Below are positions 59,273 through 64,000 of a DNA stretch of 64,000 bases, in pieces. A program made the position numbers and the translations under genes. The stretch lies in the IMG/VR virus record IMGVR_UViG_3300033146_000447, positions 1,450 through 65,449 of that record. One strand, given 5' to 3'. This DNA comes from a virus (lineage: Duplodnaviria > Caudoviricetes). Below the pieces are notes generated by a model. It was not told the DNA's origin, did not search any database, and saw only the letters and a list, made by a program, of their open reading frames with translations. Position 1 is the first letter of the stretch. Each line of letters starts with the position of its first letter.

Positions 59273-61396
59273 ATGATATTTAGATTTAATATAGTCAAAG
59301 CTGAAACAGAGTTAACCTTTAGCAATAAGGAATATACTCCTGTAACTGTTGACTTTAGCATACGTAATAAGTCAATAGAGGTCTATAATTCAGACACAAG
59401 TGTTGGAACTACTTTCGATGTTATTGATAGTAATGATAATACTAAAGCTTGCGATATTTCTACTCATGTTTTTAATGATATACCTAACGGGGTAAGGCTT
59501 AGAACCATAACTGTTGATATTGAAGATGGTGAGGTATGGGACTTTGTAGATTTAGAAATAGCTATTAATGATGATGCATATACTCCTTATCTTAATAACT
59601 TTAGGATATTTGGATTTGATACAGGTAATAATAGGAATGATAATTATTTACTAGCACCTTTAGGGGACTTTCCTAATTATAATTCTGCCTTACCTATAGC
59701 TATAGCGGATGCTGAAGCTAATTACAGTTTCAATGCTGATGAGAATTGTGAGCGTATTCTTACCGGGCAGAATAAACCTGATGTTGTAGCTCATAATAAT
59801 GATTTCGTTATAGTTCTTTATAGTTTAGCTATAGCGTCCTTAACTGAGGTTATCATGCAGAATCCTAATATGGCTCTTCTTAATACTAGTATTATTAATC
59901 ATCCTAATGTTAAGATGACGGGTACTTGGTATTTACATGAGGTTACAGGTAATTATACATTAGTAGCTATTGAAAGTGATAACTTAGTAACTATAGGTGA
60001 TATAATAGATAGTGTTACCGAAGATGGCATTACTACGTATACGTTTGAAATACATACTAGCACTAGTGATAACCATATATATGATGGGTTTCAAATGCAA
60101 TTAAATGCTGATATACTAAGTGACTATATAACAGGTACGTTATTTGAAGTGTTACCTGTTATTGTTACTCCTCCGTTATCATCTAACGCTATATCATTTG
60201 TTACAACTCCGTTATTAGTTCAGAATGATTTAAGTTTAGGTGTCCATAGTGATTTTATTGCTTATAGACATCCTCTATTTAATGTTATATATCTGTTTAA
60301 TAATCAGGGGTATGTAGATACTAATCAAGTTAATGAATATAATGTAACGTCTCTACTGACGGGGGAGCTAGTGGAAACACTGGTTGCTAGTAATGGTCAC
60401 TTCTGTATTAAAGAAGATGTTTGTATCACTAGAACATGTAATGGTAAAACTAGTAAACGTATCGTTAAGGGTCAACTTACTTCGCTTAATCATTACATAG
60501 AGGTCGTATCCGATAGTGATTGTACTGAATCATGCTTAGTGCTTGAAACAGGTATAGCTTATGCTAATATGGATATTCCTAGTCTAAGTAAGTTCTGGAA
60601 GAGAGATGATATAGTTACGCTATTCTCAGACTTAGAGATTGAATGGAAGCTACAAGACTTTACAGGTAATGTTATAGAAACTCAAACATCTACATTCGCA
60701 TCACTTACATTTACAAGTGGACACTATGTGATTAACGAGTATGATAGAGAAGATTATAGATTTGATTTTACTATACCTGCGAAGGGTGATTACTTAGTAT
60801 CTTATACTATTAGAGCTACGGCTATGGTTAATGGTGTATTAACTACTATATTGGAATGTTCTGATAATAAGTTAATTCAAGGTGGTAATAAGTATTTATT
60901 CTTACAGAACTCATGTAATGAGGTAGTGATTAAGAATCTAACTGCTAGCCCTATGGATGTTGTTATATATACTCCTAATGCTCAGTATGAATTCGATGAT
61001 GCTGTAACTAGTATTATAGAACCATTGGATAACTTGATTAATGTATTTGCTACAGATGGTATTTACAAAGTAGTTATAGATGGTGATGAATATTACTATA
61101 TCGCTACTTGTAAAATGAATGCTTGTTTACTACAGGTTATTAAAGATAGTATATGTAACTGTAGTAATGATAAATGTGAAGAGAATATACATTATAAAGC
61201 TAATGCTATTATTATACAATATCAAACATACTTATCTTTAATTAGTCATAATAACCCTACATTTAATTTTAATACGGATAGTATTATACGAGATATAGAT
61301 TCTCTACAAGTATCCGATATAAGTCAAATAATGGAACGTATTTCTGATTATTGTACTATTTGTGATGATAAATTTACTAATTGTTCTAGCTGTTAA
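59273..61396 (+). CDS. Structural (tail hub/fibre attachment) protein, Cys-rich C-terminus
   Basis: Beta-rich; likely start MIFRF at 59273 downstream of the terminator. Confidence 0.55.
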   Translation: MIFRFNIVKAETELTFSNKEYTPVTVDFSIRNKSIEVYNSDTSVGTTFDVIDSNDNTKACDISTHVFNDIPNGVRLRTITVDIEDGEVWDFVDLEIAINDDAYTPYLNNFRIFGFDTGNNRNDNYLLAPLGDFPNYNSALPIAIADAEANYSFNADENCERILTGQNKPDVVAHNNDFVIVLYSLAIASLTEVIMQNPNMALLNTSIINHPNVKMTGTWYLHEVTGNYTLVAIESDNLVTIGDIIDSVTEDGITTYTFEIHTSTSDNHIYDGFQMQLNADILSDYITGTLFEVLPVIVTPPLSSNAISFVTTPLLVQNDLSLGVHSDFIAYRHPLFNVIYLFNNQGYVDTNQVNEYNVTSLLTGELVETLVASNGHFCIKEDVCITRTCNGKTSKRIVKGQLTSLNHYIEVVSDSDCTESCLVLETGIAYANMDIPSLSKFWKRDDIVTLFSDLEIEWKLQDFTGNVIETQTSTFASLTFTSGHYVINEYDREDYRFDFTIPAKGDYLVSYTIRATAMVNGVLTTILECSDNKLIQGGNKYLFLQNSCNEVVIKNLTASPMDVVIYTPNAQYEFDDAVTSIIEPLDNLINVFATDGIYKVVIDGDEYYYIATCKMNACLLQVIKDSICNCSNDKCEENIHYKANAIIIQYQTYLSLISHNNPTFNFNTDSIIRDIDSLQVSDISQIMERISDYCTICDDKFTNCSSC
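60351..60370 (-). repeat. Dispersed motif copy (inside structural gene)
   Basis: CTCTACTGACGGGGGAGCTA, exact reverse complement of 34903-34922. Confidence 0.9.
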
Positions 61397-61399
61397 GTT

Positions 61400-61990
61400 A
61401 TGATTTTAGGTAAAGGTATAGATATAAATACAACTATAGAGTATTGGTTAAAGAACTTCACTGTATTCAAAGATGATGTTCTTAGCCTTTATTCTCAGGT
61501 TGATAGCAATGAAAGATTAACAGGTTTTAGTAATAAGCATATGGCTATTAATAGAATCTATTTTCTTTCTCATATTCTAATCATTTATTTGATAGATAAT
61601 GCTGATAAATTCAAAGAGCTAGATACATTCTTAGCAGAGAATGATTTACTAGAAGCTATTGAAACTCTTAAATGTAAAGGTGTAGATATTAACAGACTGT
61701 TACATTTATATGAAGTAGAATTATCCGATATTGTATATGGTATAGAGTCCATAACTCATGGTGTTGAAACTAGTTTTGAGGTTGAGCCTACTACATTAAT
61801 TGATTATATTACTAATCTTATAACAGAATTAGATTTAGCTAATACGGGAGTTCCTGATATTAATATAGCTGAGTTAGCAGAAGTAGGTAGGCTGTGTATA
61901 TATAATATACAGGAGTGTTTAGTACCTCCTTTCTCATTTAATAATAGTAGTATCGTAGGTGAGTGTCACAATGTATGTTGTGCTAATTAA
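61400..61990 (+). CDS. Putative structural protein
   Basis: 196 aa, Cys-rich tail, in tail operon. Confidence 0.55.
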   Translation: MILGKGIDINTTIEYWLKNFTVFKDDVLSLYSQVDSNERLTGFSNKHMAINRIYFLSHILIIYLIDNADKFKELDTFLAENDLLEAIETLKCKGVDINRLLHLYEVELSDIVYGIESITHGVETSFEVEPTTLIDYITNLITELDLANTGVPDINIAELAEVGRLCIYNIQECLVPPFSFNNSSIVGECHNVCCAN

Positions 61991-62004
61991 AATAAATAAA
62001 TAAA

Positions 62005-63318
62005 ATGGATAAAGGTAAAAGTGTAACAATGTTTAAAGTAGCTAACATGTTACGTATGTTTAGAATACCTACAACTCTTAGAGAAGTGGGTATGATAATA
62101 ATGGTTGTTGATGGTAACAATGACAAGAATGAGCTTTATGAATTGATAGTCACTGATATTAATAAACGTCAGATGGATATTAATGATTTTAGGCTAATAA
62201 GTGGTAATACCACAGTATCTGGTTTTGAGAATATAGGTAGTTGGACTCCGGGAACAGGTAATGAATATCCTTCATTAACAGGTTTAGATAATGGTATATG
62301 GTCTATAGAAGGGTTAGTAACTAATGGTTACTTATTTACTACTGGTGACTTAGCAGGTACTACTATCTATAACGGTAATGGTATTGTGTGGAACGGCGTT
62401 AGTTGGAGTGTTATAGCAGATGTCGATACCGCCAGTAATGGTCTATGGGAAGAAGGAGATGGTGTAAATGCTATTAAGCCTATATCCCAAAACGTACAGG
62501 CTAGGGGTGAGAATGCCGTAGCTATGGGGGATACGACTATCGCAGGTGCTATTACTATAACTACTGCTACTTGGACGGGTGATTTTAAGAATATTACTAT
62601 TATAGATAATACATCCATACTAGTTAACATTTCAGATATACCTGTCGGGGCAAATCGTATTAGATTATATACTTATATTAAAACAAATTATATATTATAT
62701 GAACTATGTGATATAGCAAGCACTGTTGATAATGGTGATGGCACTTGTACAGTAACTATATGTAACCATACAGCTCATCCTTTAATGGCGGTAATGTTTG
62801 GTGAATATAGGGTTAATAGTACTAAAAATGATTTAGCTACGGGTACATATACTAGAGCGATAGGAGGTGCTAGTTTTACAGGAGGACTAGGGTCTATTAT
62901 TAAACCTGTCATCGCATCAGGTCATAACGCCTTTAACTTCTCTACGTCAGGGATAGGTACAGCACGTACCTTAGATAATGATGCTGCTGGTAATTATTCA
63001 GTTATACTAGGTGGGGAAGACCATAGTATATGTAGTAAATCATTTTATACGGTAATACTTGGCGGTATGTTAACTAGTATTACCGATTCAGCTAGGGCTG
63101 TAATACTAGGAGGTTATAATAATGTAATTGCTTCAGCCAATAATAGTGTTATACTAGGAGGAAGTAATCAAACGTTAAATGAAGCTAATACAGTTATGGT
63201 ACCTAAGTTAATTACGTCTGAGCCGGGTGAAGGTATTCAACTTACTAGTCCTGACGGTAGTGTTAAGGCTAAGATAACTATCGATAATGCTGGAGTATTA
63301 GTAGTAACTACAATTTAA
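62005..63318 (+). CDS. Tail fibre/spike-like protein
   Basis: Four VILGG repeats at 14-aa spacing; Gly/Thr-rich; C-terminal SPDGS motif. Confidence 0.65.
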   Translation: MDKGKSVTMFKVANMLRMFRIPTTLREVGMIIMVVDGNNDKNELYELIVTDINKRQMDINDFRLISGNTTVSGFENIGSWTPGTGNEYPSLTGLDNGIWSIEGLVTNGYLFTTGDLAGTTIYNGNGIVWNGVSWSVIADVDTASNGLWEEGDGVNAIKPISQNVQARGENAVAMGDTTIAGAITITTATWTGDFKNITIIDNTSILVNISDIPVGANRIRLYTYIKTNYILYELCDIASTVDNGDGTCTVTICNHTAHPLMAVMFGEYRVNSTKNDLATGTYTRAIGGASFTGGLGSIIKPVIASGHNAFNFSTSGIGTARTLDNDAAGNYSVILGGEDHSICSKSFYTVILGGMLTSITDSARAVILGGYNNVIASANNSVILGGSNQTLNEANTVMVPKLITSEPGEGIQLTSPDGSVKAKITIDNAGVLVVTTI

Positions 63319-63339
63319 TAATAATTAAAATAATAGATA

Positions 63340-63690
63340 ATGAATAATTTAAAAGAGTACACAAGAGTCTATACTAAAGCTATTTCAGGGCTTTTAAAGA
63401 ATAGAACTTTTATACTTAGTCAGTCTGGAAGTAGGGCTAAGTTACATAGCGTTGGTGAAATAGACATCGCTACACTCCGAGATGATGACTTAGAGAATCA
63501 TCTACGTGAGGGTGTATTACTATTTATGCATGCAGATGCTGATGATGATGCTATTGTCAAAGTTATGTATGCTGATGAAACGGTTAACGAAATAGCCGTA
63601 TGGAAGTTAAAGGCAAGTTGTACAGAAGTGATTAAAATCATAGATACAGGTACTACTGTTGATAATAGTTTAATGTTTTTATCGAAGTAA
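63340..63690 (+). CDS. Hypothetical protein
   Basis: 116 aa in tail operon. Confidence 0.6.
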   Translation: MNNLKEYTRVYTKAISGLLKNRTFILSQSGSRAKLHSVGEIDIATLRDDDLENHLREGVLLFMHADADDDAIVKVMYADETVNEIAVWKLKASCTEVIKIIDTGTTVDNSLMFLSK

Positions 63691-64000
63691 TGAGTTGTAT
63701 TAATATACATACAAGTTGTAGACAGTATCACCAATATCATAATGGTGATACTTTATGCTTCCCTAAAGTAGACTTATTACAGTTTAATAAGTATATTGAA
63801 AGTGGAGTATGGAAAGATGAAATAGGTAAGCACGATGGCTCACCTAATAAGGGTGGCATATATGTGTTTAATGGTATTGATGATTTTATTGATACTGAGA
63901 CTAAAGTTCAGGGGCAAACGCCTATTGAATTTGAGGTTAAATATAATTGTTCATCACTTAATGGAGATGATTACGTCTTGTATTATTGTGGAGGAGATGC
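63690..64000 (+). CDS. Partial structural protein, possible LamG/ConA-like domain
   Basis: ATG overlaps the previous TAA; frame open to window end; YVFNGIDDFIDT. Confidence 0.55.
   Translation, partial: MSCINIHTSCRQYHQYHNGDTLCFPKVDLLQFNKYIESGVWKDEIGKHDGSPNKGGIYVFNGIDDFIDTETKVQGQTPIEFEVKYNCSSLNGDDYVLYYCGGD

Noticed and set aside
2875-63740. Many short opposite-strand or alternate-frame ORFs in the track (e.g. 9712-10023, 25157-25564, 36043-36414, 49773-50126)
   Set aside because: They overlap well-supported genes and have the Leu/Ser/Ile-rich composition of shadow ORFs
1-64000. Stop-codon reassignment as seen in some Crassvirales
   Set aside because: The standard code gives intact long ORFs; TAG and TGA end genes at tight junctions (e.g. 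13870, 50457, ATGA overlaps); no suppressor tRNA seen
62005-64000. Diversity-generating retroelement or invertase shufflon at the tail genes
   Set aside because: No reverse transcriptase, recombinase or template/variable repeat pair visible in the window

Overview
AT-rich 64-kb segment of a crAss-like phage (Crassvirales, probably infecting Bacteroidota), read with the standard genetic code. Layout: (i) 1-13870 (+): end of one giant virion cargo gene, a 2722-aa virion RNA polymerase (DFDID motif) and a 1746-aa cargo protein; (ii) 14076-34871 (-): replication and nucleotide metabolism (dNMP kinase, ATP-dependent ligase, ThyA, primase, RecT-like protein, degenerate SF2 helicase, family B DNA polymerase, UDG-like protein, Dda/RecD-like helicase); (iii) 35079-42542 (-): small early genes with long hairpins and a tRNA-like element; (iv) a largely non-coding, repeat-rich divergent junction at 40841-43946; (v) 43947-64000 (+): lysis, terminase, portal, major capsid and tail genes. 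Three observations stand out. First, an integrase-less array of four integron-like cassettes (about 36990-38560) with oversized attC-like sites, in which reverse-oriented ORFs start inside the site and read through one arm. Second, a GC-rich ~20-bp motif (TAGCTHCCCCGT...AGAG) with 13 dispersed copies, three of them inside genes, and an inverted pair at each transcription strand switch. Third, giant cargo proteins whose only cysteines are at their termini, in a head-to-tail pattern. All calls come from reading motifs by eye; no database searches were run.
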